Below are positions 36,395 to 45,542 of a stretch of DNA of 64,000 bases, piece by piece. The DNA comes from Treponemataceae bacterium (GTDB taxonomy: Bacteria > Spirochaetota > Spirochaetia > Treponematales > Rectinemataceae). The DNA lies in contig CAXXGJ010000006.1 in the NCBI GenBank assembly GCA_963677895.2, positions 320,001 to 384,000 on the forward strand, in the 5' to 3' direction. The translations under genes and the position numbers were made by a program. The stretch's first letter is position 1; every line of letters starts with the position of its first letter. A model generated the notes under the pieces. The model was not told the DNA's origin. It did not search any database and worked only from the letters and a program-made list of their open reading frames with translations.

Positions 36395-37900
36395 ATGGAA
36401 GCACTACGTTTACTTATGCATGGATTCCAGACGGCGCTGACGCTGAACAATCTGCTGTTCTGCCTCATCGGCGTGACGGTCGGCCAGTTCATCGGCGTTC
36501 TTCCCGGCCTGGGTCCCGTCGCTGGCATGGCGATCCTGATTCCTCTGACCTATGGCCTGGAACCCACGACGGCCATCATCATGCTGTCGGGGATTTTCTA
36601 CGCGGCGATGTACGGCGGCACGATAACCTCGGTGCTGATCAACACGCCCGGGGAAAGCGCCTCCACCATCACCTGTCTTGACGGCTATCAGATGGCGCGC
36701 CAGGGACGAGCCGGCGCGGCGCTCGGCATCGCGGCCATCGGCTCCTTTGTCGGCGGCGTCGTCGCGCTGTTCTGCCTTACCTTCCTGGGGCCGCCTATAG
36801 CCAAGTTCGCCGTCCGCTTTGGACCGCCCGAATTCTTCGCCATAATGTCCTTCGGCCTGCTTCTTATCGTCGGCCTGATGGGCAAATCCATCGCCAAAGG
36901 AATGATAGCGGCGGTTTTCGGCATCCTCCTTTCGCTGATAGGCATGGATCCCGCGACGGGCACGGATCGTTTCACTTTTGGCCAGCTCTGGCTCCTGGAC
37001 GGCGTCGAATTCGTCGTCCTCGCCATGGGAATCTTCGGCATCTCGGAAATTCTGGTCAACGCCGAGAAGAACATGGATATCCCGGTTCCCCCGAAGGTGA
37101 AGGGCTTCATTCCCAAGAGAAGCGAGTGGGGAATTTCCACCAAGGCGATCGGGAGAGGCACGGTAATTGGCATGGTTCTCGGGCTGATTCCCGGGGCGAG
37201 CGCCTCCGTAGCCGCGCTCATGGCCTATTCGACCGAGAAAAAAGTGTCGAAGCATCCCGAAATGTTCGGCAAGGGCGCCATCGAAGGCGTCGCGGCTCCG
37301 GAAACGGCGAACAACGCCTTCGCGGGCGCCGCCATGATCCCCTTACTTACCCTGGGCATCCCGAGCTCCCCGACGGTTGCCATGCTCATCGGCGCCTTCA
37401 CGATGCATGGACTCGTGCCGGGGCCTCTCCTCTATGAGAAGAACCCAACCTTCCTTTGGGGACTCATCGCCTCAATGTTCATCGGCAACGTCGTGCTTCT
37501 CGTGATGAACCTCCCCATGGCCAACCTTTGGGCAAAAGTGGCGCGCATCCCTTACAAGCTGCTTGGGCCGCTCATCATTCTCATCTGCATGGTAGGCGTC
37601 TACAGCGTCAACAGGATGATTCCCGAGATCGCCCTCCTGACCTTGTTCGGAGCCGTCGGGTATTTCATGAAAAAACTGGAGATTCCAGGCGCCGCGGTGA
37701 TCCTGGCCTTCATTCTGGGGAACAATCTGGAATACACGCTCATACAGACGCTGAGCATGTCCGACAAAGGACTGCTATACCTGTTCCAGAGACCGATTTC
37801 CGGCGTGATGATGGGGCTTTGCATCCTCATCCTGATCGGCTCGATCGCCTCTTCGGTGATGAAAAAGAGGGACAAGCTGGCGACGGACCAGGAAGTCTGA
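36395..37900 (+). CDS. tctA: Tripartite tricarboxylate transporter TctA permease
   Basis: GVLPGLGP, MYGGTITSVLINTPG, EGVAAPETANNA, LTLGIP. Confidence 0.95.
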   Translation: MEALRLLMHGFQTALTLNNLLFCLIGVTVGQFIGVLPGLGPVAGMAILIPLTYGLEPTTAIIMLSGIFYAAMYGGTITSVLINTPGESASTITCLDGYQMARQGRAGAALGIAAIGSFVGGVVALFCLTFLGPPIAKFAVRFGPPEFFAIMSFGLLLIVGLMGKSIAKGMIAAVFGILLSLIGMDPATGTDRFTFGQLWLLDGVEFVVLAMGIFGISEILVNAEKNMDIPVPPKVKGFIPKRSEWGISTKAIGRGTVIGMVLGLIPGASASVAALMAYSTEKKVSKHPEMFGKGAIEGVAAPETANNAFAGAAMIPLLTLGIPSSPTVAMLIGAFTMHGLVPGPLLYEKNPTFLWGLIASMFIGNVVLLVMNLPMANLWAKVARIPYKLLGPLIILICMVGVYSVNRMIPEIALLTLFGAVGYFMKKLEIPGAAVILAFILGNNLEYTLIQTLSMSDKGLLYLFQRPISGVMMGLCILILIGSIASSVMKKRDKLATDQEV

Positions 37901-37970
37901 TCCGGAATTTGACTAGGTGACGAAACCCGTGCTCGTTGGAGCCGGGCTAGAGATATAAGGAGGGAAATCT

Positions 37971-38948
37971 ATGAACATGAGAAAAGGTTCGCGGATCGCG
38001 ATGGTGCTGGCGGCCTTGCTGGCGCTGACGGCGCTCCTGCCGCAGGCAGTTTTTGCCCAGGACTATCCGAAAAGACCGATCACGGCGATCGTGGCCTTCG
38101 GCGCCGGCGGCGGCACCGACCTCGCCGCGCGCATCATCCTGAAGTACGCCGAAAAATACATCGGCGGCATCTTCGTCGTCGAGAACAAACCCGGCGCCGG
38201 CGGCGCCCTCGGCTTTACCGCCATCGCCCAGGCCAAGCCCGACGGCTACACGATCGGCATGATCAACCCGCCGAGCGTTCTCTTCAACCCGATCCAGCTC
38301 GGCGATAAAGTAAAGTACAAGCTCTCCGACTTCGCCCTCATCGCCAACTTCGTAAGCGACCCGGGCGCCATCATGGTTTCGTACGACAGCAAGTTCAAGA
38401 CGCTGCAGGATGTCGTCGCTTGGGCGAAGGCGAATCCCGGCAAGCTCCGCATCGGTTACGGCGGCCCCGGAACCCAGGAAGCGCTCACGCTGAGAAAATG
38501 GATCGCGGACAACGATCTCAAAGTGCTCAAGGTTCCCTTCGAAGGCACCGGCACCAACCTGACCGCTCTTCTGGGCGGCAACACCGAAGTCATGTTCGCC
38601 AACGCTTCCGAAATCATGCCCCAGTATGAGGCGAAGCAGATCCGTGTCCTCGCGGTCGGCACCGAAAAGCGCTTCAGCTGGATGCCCGAAGTCCCCACCT
38701 TCAAGGAAGGCGGATTCAACGCCACCCAGATGGCGATGCGCGGCCTCGCGGCGCCCAAGGGCATCGACCCGGCGAACCTCAAGAAGCTCGCCGACGCGAT
38801 GAAGAAGACCTTCGATGATCCGGAATTCCAGGCCAAGGCCAAGGAAGTGAATCTTCCCCTCGATTATCAGGGCCCGGAGCAGTTCCTCAAGACGCTTCAG
38901 ACCCTCGATGTTTTCTATCGCGCCGAATACGCCGCGAATCCCTGGTAA
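37971..38948 (+). CDS. tctC: Tripartite tricarboxylate transporter substrate-binding protein (TctC/Bug)
   Basis: YPKRPITAIVAFGAGGGTD, VENKPGAGG, PDGYT, PEVPTFKE. Confidence 0.95.
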   Translation: MNMRKGSRIAMVLAALLALTALLPQAVFAQDYPKRPITAIVAFGAGGGTDLAARIILKYAEKYIGGIFVVENKPGAGGALGFTAIAQAKPDGYTIGMINPPSVLFNPIQLGDKVKYKLSDFALIANFVSDPGAIMVSYDSKFKTLQDVVAWAKANPGKLRIGYGGPGTQEALTLRKWIADNDLKVLKVPFEGTGTNLTALLGGNTEVMFANASEIMPQYEAKQIRVLAVGTEKRFSWMPEVPTFKEGGFNATQMAMRGLAAPKGIDPANLKKLADAMKKTFDDPEFQAKAKEVNLPLDYQGPEQFLKTLQTLDVFYRAEYAANPW

Positions 38949-39028
38949 TTTGACCCTTGCCCGGGCCGTCATGGGAATTCTCCCGTGACGCCCGGGTTTT
39001 TCGAAAAAGACTTAAAAGGAATCCACGA

Positions 39029-40318
39029 ATGACCGAAACCCGCCCGCTTTTTTACGATGCGTACCTCGCGATCCTGCGCGAGGAACTCGTGCCCGCGATG
39101 GGCTGCACCGAACCCATCGCCGTGGCCTTCGCGGCCGCGACCGCGCGAGATATCCTCGGCCTGCGTCCCGAGAGCGTCGAGATACGCTGCAGCGCCAATA
39201 TCGTCAAGAATGTCAAAGGCGTCACGGTTCCGAATACCGGCGGCATGCGCGGCATCAGGGCGGCGGCGACGGCGGGAATCGTGGGCGGTAACGCGCAGGC
39301 CAAACTCGAAGTGCTCAAATCGGTCACGAACGAAGATTTGGTCGAGGTGAAAAGGCTGCTGGCGGCCGGATTCTGCAAGGCCACGCTCGCCGAAGGTCTT
39401 GAAGGGCTCTATATCGAGGCGATCGCGCGCGCCGGCGGCCAGAGCGCGGAAGTCGTCATCAAGGACAGCCATACCGGGGTTTCGCGGATACGTAAGAATG
39501 GCGTCACGGTATTCGAAGCCGAAGGGAAGAAAGAGGGCGGCGATGCCGTAGCCGCGCGTCCCGGCTACGATCTCCTGAACGTGCGCGATATCCTTGTATT
39601 TGCCGATACCGTCGACCTCTCCGAGGTATCCAGCCTCCTCGAAGGGCAGATACGGATGAATGGGGCGATTTCAGACGAGGGAATGACCAACGACTACGGC
39701 GTTTCCGTAGGCAAGACCATCATCGCCAGGGAAGGCGGCAATGTCAGGTCGCGCGCGCGTGCCAGGGCCGCGGCGGGCAGCGACGCGCGGATGGGCGGCT
39801 GCGCCCTTCCCGTCGTCATCAATTCCGGCAGCGGAAACCAGGGCATCACCGTTTCGGTTCCCGTCATAGAGTACGCGAGCGAACTGAAGGCCGATCATGA
39901 AACGCTGCTGCGCGCCCTTATCGTATCGAACCTTGTCGCGCTCGAGCAGAAGGAATATATCGGTAAACTCTCGGCGTACTGCGGCGCCGTTTCGGCCGCG
40001 GTGGGCAGCGGAGCCGGCATAACCTACCTCTGCGGCGGCGGATACGACAAGATCGCCATGACCATAACGAACGCCATCGCCACGGCGGGCGGAATGTTCT
40101 GCGACGGCGCGAAGTCCTCCTGCGCGGCGAAGATAGCCACGGCCTTGGAAGCGGCCATCACCGCTCACGAAATGAGCCTGCAGGGGAAAAGCTTCTCCTC
40201 GGGCGAGGGCCTTGTCGGCGACGATGTCGAAAAGACCATCCGCAATATCGGAAGCGTCGGGAAGACGGGAATGCGCTCCACCGATATCGAGATAATCCGA
40301 ATCATGTTGGATGAGTGA
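39029..40318 (+). CDS. cyuA: L-cysteine desulfidase CyuA/YhaM family (serine dehydratase alpha-like)
   Basis: PAMGCTEP, KNVKGVTVP, SDARMGG, INSGSGNQG, LSAYCG, CDGAKSSCA. Confidence 0.9.
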   Translation: MTETRPLFYDAYLAILREELVPAMGCTEPIAVAFAAATARDILGLRPESVEIRCSANIVKNVKGVTVPNTGGMRGIRAAATAGIVGGNAQAKLEVLKSVTNEDLVEVKRLLAAGFCKATLAEGLEGLYIEAIARAGGQSAEVVIKDSHTGVSRIRKNGVTVFEAEGKKEGGDAVAARPGYDLLNVRDILVFADTVDLSEVSSLLEGQIRMNGAISDEGMTNDYGVSVGKTIIAREGGNVRSRARARAAAGSDARMGGCALPVVINSGSGNQGITVSVPVIEYASELKADHETLLRALIVSNLVALEQKEYIGKLSAYCGAVSAAVGSGAGITYLCGGGYDKIAMTITNAIATAGGMFCDGAKSSCAAKIATALEAAITAHEMSLQGKSFSSGEGLVGDDVEKTIRNIGSVGKTGMRSTDIEIIRIMLDE

Positions 40319-40421
40319 GCCTGACGGAGTTCGCCATAGCCGCGCGGATTCCGGATCGACCTAAACACAAATCGATAAATCTCAAATAAAACACGATCGC
40401 AAAATAAAATAATCGTATCCC

Positions 40422-40450
40422 TTGAATGTATGACTATATAGTTGTATATT
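40422..40450 (+). promoter_or_regulatory. Sigma70-type promoter with palindrome in the spacer
   Basis: TTGAAT-N17-TATATT; ACTATATAGT palindrome at 40433-40442. Confidence 0.55.
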
Positions 40451-40462
40451 CTTCTTAACGTT

Positions 40463-40909
40463 ATGACAAAGAAAATAGATTTATCGAAGCGCGAACGAGA
40501 AACGAAGCGCTCCACGATATACATCAACGAAAAGCTCGGGGCGCTTCTGTCGAAATACCTACGGAGGAAGAACGACACGAGCGGCAAGAACGAAGGGCAG
40601 AGCGCGACGATCACGCGCATCATGGACCGCTACGACATGTTCATGCGGATCGAGCGACGTACGATCCGCGATGTTTTTACCCGCGACGAATTCGGCGTCA
40701 TGCTCAAAAAGGCCTTTTACAAGACCTTCGATCCGGCCGAGGGCATTCTTGGCGCTGTCCTCGACGAGGCAATCAACGAAGCGGACAGCACCTTCCTCCT
40801 GCACAACGTGGATCGCGAAACGCTCATCGAAAAGCTCAATAAACTGACGCCGGGCCAGCAGCTTGCGCTGGTGGACTGGCTCGAGGAAATACGAGCCGAA
40901 ACTATCTGA
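40463..40909 (+). CDS. Hypothetical protein, possible ribbon-helix-helix DNA-binding regulator
   Basis: RSTIYINE beta-strand followed by helices; helical C-terminus VDRETLIEKLNKLTPGQQLALVDWLE. Confidence 0.65.
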   Translation: MTKKIDLSKRERETKRSTIYINEKLGALLSKYLRRKNDTSGKNEGQSATITRIMDRYDMFMRIERRTIRDVFTRDEFGVMLKKAFYKTFDPAEGILGAVLDEAINEADSTFLLHNVDRETLIEKLNKLTPGQQLALVDWLEEIRAETI

Positions 40910-41014
40910 TCCTCACCGCATAGATTCCAGCTCAGTGCATTGAGCTTATTCCATAGAAAGTATGGACATATACAGTTACATCACCGCAAAGCCTCTCTAT
41001 CAAGGAAAGAATCA

Positions 41015-42094
41015 ATGAAAAAATTCATAAAAGCCTGTTGCATGACAGTACTCCTCGCCGGCTTCATCGTGGGATGCGCCGCGCCCCTGGCCGACAATCT
41101 TACCCCGCCGACCGTGAGTTCCACGGCTCCGTCCACAGGCGAAAACGGCATGCCTCTTAACGGCAACATCTCCGTCACCTTCAGCAAGGAAATGGCCCCC
41201 GCGACGATCAATGCCACCACCTTTACGATGACTGGTCCCGCGACGGCGGTAACCGGCACGGTGGCGATGAATGACGGCCTCACGGCCGTCTTCACTCCTA
41301 CAGGCACCCTCGCCGTCAATACGCTCTACACGGCCACCATCAGCACCGGAGTTCAGGACGTGTATGCCAACGCGATGGAAAGCGCTTATACATGGAGCTT
41401 CACCACGGGAGCAAGCGTTTCTTCCAGCCCGGCCATCGTCAACCTTGGCACTGCTGGCAATTTCGTCGTTCTGGCCAAAGCGGCCGTCTCGACCACGGGA
41501 ACCACCGCGGTTACGGGAAACATCGGACTAAGCCCGGCAGCCACCAGCTTCCTGACCGGCTTCTCTGAAACGATGGACGCCACAAACGTATTCGCGACCT
41601 CGAGCCTCGTGACCGGCAGGCTGTACGCCGCCGACATGACTCCCCCCACTCCCTCCAACATGACCACCGCCGTGGCCAATATGGAAACCGCATACACCGA
41701 CGCCGCCGGACGCGTGACGCCCGACTTCCTCAACTTGGGCGCTGGCGACGTGAGCGGACTTACCCTCGTCCCCGGCCTCTACAAGTGGGGAACGGGACTC
41801 CTGATGGCTTCCGATGTCACTATTTCGGGCAGCGCCGACGATATCTGGATTTTCCAGGTGTCGGAGGATCTGACCGTGAGCAATGGCGTCATGATAACCT
41901 TGAGCGGCGGCGCCCTGCCTGAGCACATATTCTGGCAGGTAGCCGGCCAGGTTTCCCTCGGAACGACTTCAAACTTCAAGGGAATCATCCTCTGCCAGAC
42001 GCAGATAGTGATGCAGACAGGCGCGGTGCTGAAAGGCAGGGCGCTTGCCCAGACCCAGGTTACCCTGGATGCCAACGCCGTAACCCAGCCTTAA
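41015..42094 (+). CDS. Ice-binding family (DUF3494) lipoprotein with N-terminal Ig-like domain
   Basis: Lipobox IVGC; Big_5-like PPTVSSTAP...WSFTT; LGTAGNFVVLAK, AYTDAAGR, LVPGLYKW, IFWQVAG, GRALAQT. Confidence 0.92.
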   Translation: MKKFIKACCMTVLLAGFIVGCAAPLADNLTPPTVSSTAPSTGENGMPLNGNISVTFSKEMAPATINATTFTMTGPATAVTGTVAMNDGLTAVFTPTGTLAVNTLYTATISTGVQDVYANAMESAYTWSFTTGASVSSSPAIVNLGTAGNFVVLAKAAVSTTGTTAVTGNIGLSPAATSFLTGFSETMDATNVFATSSLVTGRLYAADMTPPTPSNMTTAVANMETAYTDAAGRVTPDFLNLGAGDVSGLTLVPGLYKWGTGLLMASDVTISGSADDIWIFQVSEDLTVSNGVMITLSGGALPEHIFWQVAGQVSLGTTSNFKGIILCQTQIVMQTGAVLKGRALAQTQVTLDANAVTQP

Positions 42095-42121
42095 CGCCGA
42101 GTAATACTTAAAAAATGACGA

Positions 42122-42159
42122 GGGGCTGCCCGGAATTTTCCGGGCAGCCCCTTTCTTTT
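42122..42159 (+). terminator. Intrinsic terminator
   Basis: GGGGCTGCCCGGA-loop-TCCGGGCAGCCCC followed by TTTCTTTT. Confidence 0.85.
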
Positions 42160-42225
42160 GCCCAGGCGGGGGATTCATCGACAAGGATCACCGATCCGCA
42201 TTACACTTTATGCCATGGAGCCAGC

Positions 42226-43278
42226 GTGAGCGAGGAAGAAGGGCGGCACGTCCGCCGCAAGCGGTACCGGGGGAATCACCCCCGCTCGTTTTCCGAGAAA
42301 TACAAGGAACACGATCCGCAGAAATATGCCCGTGACCTCGAACGTGTCCTAGCGCGGGGCGACACGCCCGCGGGCACCCACCGTTCCATAATGGTCAAGG
42401 AAATTCTCGACGTGCTCGCGCCGCGCCCGGGCGATACGGCCGTCGACGCGACACTCGGCTACGGCGGCCACGCCAAGGAAATCCTGAAAGCGATTCTCCC
42501 CGGAGGCCGACTCTATGGCTTCGACCGCGATCCGCTGGAATTGAGGCGGACGATGGAACGGCTTTCGGCATCGGTGATTCCGCCTGAATCCCCTGACGGT
42601 ACCTTCATGCCGGTGAACGCCAATTTTTCGACGATAGCGGAGTATTTCGCCGCCTCCGGCATAGGTGGAGCCGATGTTGTCCTCGCCGACCTCGGCCTCT
42701 CTTCGATGCAGATCGACAATCCCGAGCGGGGATTCAGCTATAAGCAGAACGGGCCGCTCGACATGCGCATGAATACGGAAAAAGGCCAGTCGGCCAGGGA
42801 ATTCCTCGCCGAGGCGCCGGAAGAGCGGCTGCGCGACATCCTTTCGGCCAATGCCGACGAGGCGATGGCGGCGGAAATTGCCCGCGCCATTTGGCTCCGG
42901 CGTGGAGGACTCGCCACGACGCGCGATCTGGCCGAAGCGATCTGTTCAGTCTTCCCCGGGCTCGCCTTCAAAGATCCCGAGATGACGAAAACCCTGCGCC
43001 GCTGCTTCCAGGCCATCCGCATCGAGGTGAACGGCGAATTTTCCTCCCTTGAGACGCTTCTCGCGAGTCTTCCTTCCATCTTGAAGCCGGGCGGCCGCGC
43101 CGCCTTCCTCTCTTTTCATTCGGGCGAAGACCGACGCGTCGAAACCGCTTTCGAGGCCGGCCTGGCCAGAGGCCTTTATTCCTCCGTATCCACGGACGTC
43201 ATCCGACCCGGCCATGAAGAGCGCTACAACAACCCCCGTTCGACCTCCGCGAAGCTTCGGTGGGCAATCCGCGCCTGA
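42226..43278 (+). CDS. rsmH: 16S rRNA m4C1402 methyltransferase RsmH homologue with N-terminal extension
   Basis: VDATLGYGGH, DLGLSSMQID, GPLDMRM, FQAIRIEVN, SFHSGEDR, NPRSTSAKLR; GTG start after GGAG. Confidence 0.9.
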   Translation: MSEEEGRHVRRKRYRGNHPRSFSEKYKEHDPQKYARDLERVLARGDTPAGTHRSIMVKEILDVLAPRPGDTAVDATLGYGGHAKEILKAILPGGRLYGFDRDPLELRRTMERLSASVIPPESPDGTFMPVNANFSTIAEYFAASGIGGADVVLADLGLSSMQIDNPERGFSYKQNGPLDMRMNTEKGQSAREFLAEAPEERLRDILSANADEAMAAEIARAIWLRRGGLATTRDLAEAICSVFPGLAFKDPEMTKTLRRCFQAIRIEVNGEFSSLETLLASLPSILKPGGRAAFLSFHSGEDRRVETAFEAGLARGLYSSVSTDVIRPGHEERYNNPRSTSAKLRWAIRA

Positions 43279-43424
43279 ATATTGCCGTGAATTCGCGTCT
43301 ATCCGCCGGCTAAAAAATTCTTCAAGAAATAATTTGACAAACCCCATTCTATGCATTAAAAGACCATTGTCACGCCTCTCTGTCGCAGATTGGTTCTTGC
43401 GGGCAAAACCGCTGGGAGCACAGA

Positions 43425-43937
43425 ATGAAAAAAGCGATATTCGCGGTGCTGGTCATTGGAGCGTTTTATGCCGGTTGTTCTCCCTTCGCGATCAATATCC
43501 AAGGCTACGCCTATATCGAGGAAAACCTCCGCGACGCGTGGAAGGATGTGGCTTCGCATAAATATATCAACGAATATATCGAGTACTGGGCCAGCCCGAT
43601 GGAGTTCGAGGCCAGAGGCGGCGGCGACTGCGAGGACTTTGCATTCGCCTTGGTATACAGGCTTGGCAGAAGCGCTTCTTCCGTATGCGTCTTGAACCCC
43701 AAGGGCGGCTTTCACGAGATCGTGAAGTTCAAAGACCTTTACCTGGAACCCCAGCGCTATGGAATGTACTACGACCCCAAGAACCTAACGATCCTCTGGG
43801 CGACGGATTACGACGAAACGATGAGCTTGGTGACCCTATGGGGCGCGAAGCACGCGGACGAGGCATCTTCCCAGATGTCATTCTCCGGGCAGGTTCCGTC
43901 TTGGGAAAGGGATTCGTGCGTCGAGGGCGTATTCTGA
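43425..43937 (+). CDS. Transglutaminase-like cysteine peptidase (BTLCP) lipoprotein
   Basis: Lipobox YAGC; YWASPMEF...GGDCEDFA; downstream His (GFHEIV) and YLEP. Confidence 0.78.
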   Translation: MKKAIFAVLVIGAFYAGCSPFAINIQGYAYIEENLRDAWKDVASHKYINEYIEYWASPMEFEARGGGDCEDFAFALVYRLGRSASSVCVLNPKGGFHEIVKFKDLYLEPQRYGMYYDPKNLTILWATDYDETMSLVTLWGAKHADEASSQMSFSGQVPSWERDSCVEGVF

Positions 43938-44047
43938 GAAAGATTGGCGAGCGAGAAACAGTTCAACTCATTTTGTCGCGTCCGTGAGAGGGCTATGTCT
44001 TAGCTCTGCTTCCGAAAAGCTTCATAAATAGTTCGCGATAAAATAAG

Positions 44048-44077
44048 TTGACACGTTTCAATTTTCATGGCAATAAT
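44048..44077 (+). promoter_or_regulatory. Promoter with LacI-family-type operator overlapping the -35
   Basis: TTGACA at 44048; TGACACGTTTCA (44049-44060) is one mismatch from palindromic TGAAACGTTTCA; AATAAT at 44072. Confidence 0.6.
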
Positions 44078-44125
44078 GCTTCAACAGTCTGCCTGCTGCA
44101 TGCAGGAGGACACAGGGAGGATCAG

Positions 44126-45430
44126 ATGAAGAAAAGGATTCTATCGCTTCTGCTTTTGTGCATGCTGGCGCTGTCGTTCGCAACGGCCCAGGGATCGAAG
44201 AAAATCGAGCTGACCTTTTTCTACCCGGTGCAAGTAGGCGGACCGCTTACCAAGCTCATAGAAAAAATCTGCGCCGACTTCACCGCCGAGAACCCGAATA
44301 TCGTGGTGAAGCCAGTATACACCGGCAATTACGATGACACTGTGGTCAAGATCCAAACCGCCAGATCGGGCAAGAATCCGCCTGAGGTGTTCGTCAACCT
44401 CGCGACCCAGCGCTTTTCCATGGCCTCCACTGGAACCGCGATCGCTCTCGACAGCCTGATCGCCGCGGACGGAGCGGCGGGAAAGGCCTATATCGGTGAT
44501 TTCCTTCCCGGATTCATGGAAGATTCCTATGTCGACGGCAAAATCTACAGCATCCCCTTCCAGAGAAGCACGATGGTGCTCTTCTACAACAAAGACGCGT
44601 TCGCCGAAGTCGGCCTCAATCCCGAAGCTCCTCCCAAGACTTGGGATGAACTTGTCGAGTATTCCAAGAAACTCGTGAAGAAAGACGCGGCGGGCAACGT
44701 TACGCGCTACGGCGTGGGCATCGCTCTCAATTCCGGATCGGCTCAGTGGGCATTTACCGGCTTTGCTCTCCAGAACTCGGAAGATGGGCGCAATCTGATG
44801 AGCGAAGACGGAAAAAAGGTCTATTTCGACACGAAGGGCAACGTGGAAGCGCTCCAGTTCTGGTGCGATCTACAGAGCAAGTACAAGGTCATGCAGCCCG
44901 GCATCGTGCAGTGGACCGATCTGCCCGGACAGTTCATCAACGGATCTGTGGCCATGATCTACCACACCACCGGAAACCTGACAAACATCAACAATAACGC
45001 CAAGTTCAAGTTTGGTACCGCGTTCCTTCCCGGCAGCAAGCGTGTCGCGGCGCCGACAGGCGGCGGCAACTTCTATATCTCCGCCGATCTTCCCAAGGAA
45101 CAGGAGCAGGCCGCGTGGAAGTTCATCAAATTCGCCACGGACGCCGAACGCCTGGCCCAGTGGAATGTCGACACCGGATACGTGGCGCCCAGAAAATCCT
45201 CCTTCCAGACCGCGATCATGAAGGCTTATTGGGCGAAAGTGCCTCAAGCCCGTGTCGCCTTCGACCAGATTCCCTTCGCCAAGCCCGAGCTGACTACCTA
45301 TGAAGCTTCGAAAATGTGGCGAATTCTCAACGACAATATACAGTCGGCCATAGTCGGTGACGCGACGCCGGCTCAAGCGCTCAAGAATGCCCAGAAACAG
45401 GCTGAAGATGCCCTGAAACGCTATCAGTGA
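44126..45430 (+). CDS. ABC substrate-binding protein (UgpB-like, family 1)
   Basis: Signal peptide, YTGNYDDT, IPFQRSTMVLFYNKD, PKTWDEL, APTGGGN, DTGYV. Confidence 0.9.
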   Translation: MKKRILSLLLLCMLALSFATAQGSKKIELTFFYPVQVGGPLTKLIEKICADFTAENPNIVVKPVYTGNYDDTVVKIQTARSGKNPPEVFVNLATQRFSMASTGTAIALDSLIAADGAAGKAYIGDFLPGFMEDSYVDGKIYSIPFQRSTMVLFYNKDAFAEVGLNPEAPPKTWDELVEYSKKLVKKDAAGNVTRYGVGIALNSGSAQWAFTGFALQNSEDGRNLMSEDGKKVYFDTKGNVEALQFWCDLQSKYKVMQPGIVQWTDLPGQFINGSVAMIYHTTGNLTNINNNAKFKFGTAFLPGSKRVAAPTGGGNFYISADLPKEQEQAAWKFIKFATDAERLAQWNVDTGYVAPRKSSFQTAIMKAYWAKVPQARVAFDQIPFAKPELTTYEASKMWRILNDNIQSAIVGDATPAQALKNAQKQAEDALKRYQ

Positions 45431-45460
45431 TTTTCTTCGCGCATCGAACGATCTAGAATG

Positions 45461-45507
45461 GAATGCAAGCGGCAAGGCCGAAAGGTTCTGTCGCCTTGCA
45501 TTCTTTT
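45461..45507 (+). terminator. Stem-loop with T tail after the SBP gene (partial terminator or stabiliser)
   Basis: GAATGCAAG...CTTGCATTC-TTTT. Confidence 0.6.
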
Positions 45508-45542
45508 AATATCTTAATTCGCTTTTTATCCGGAGGACTACG

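Noticed and set aside
43380..43424. GGGCAAAACC resembling the start of a c-di-GMP-I riboswitch
   Set aside because: The GAAA-capped P2 stem, the GCAAAGC segment and P3 are missing, and there is too little room before the ATG.
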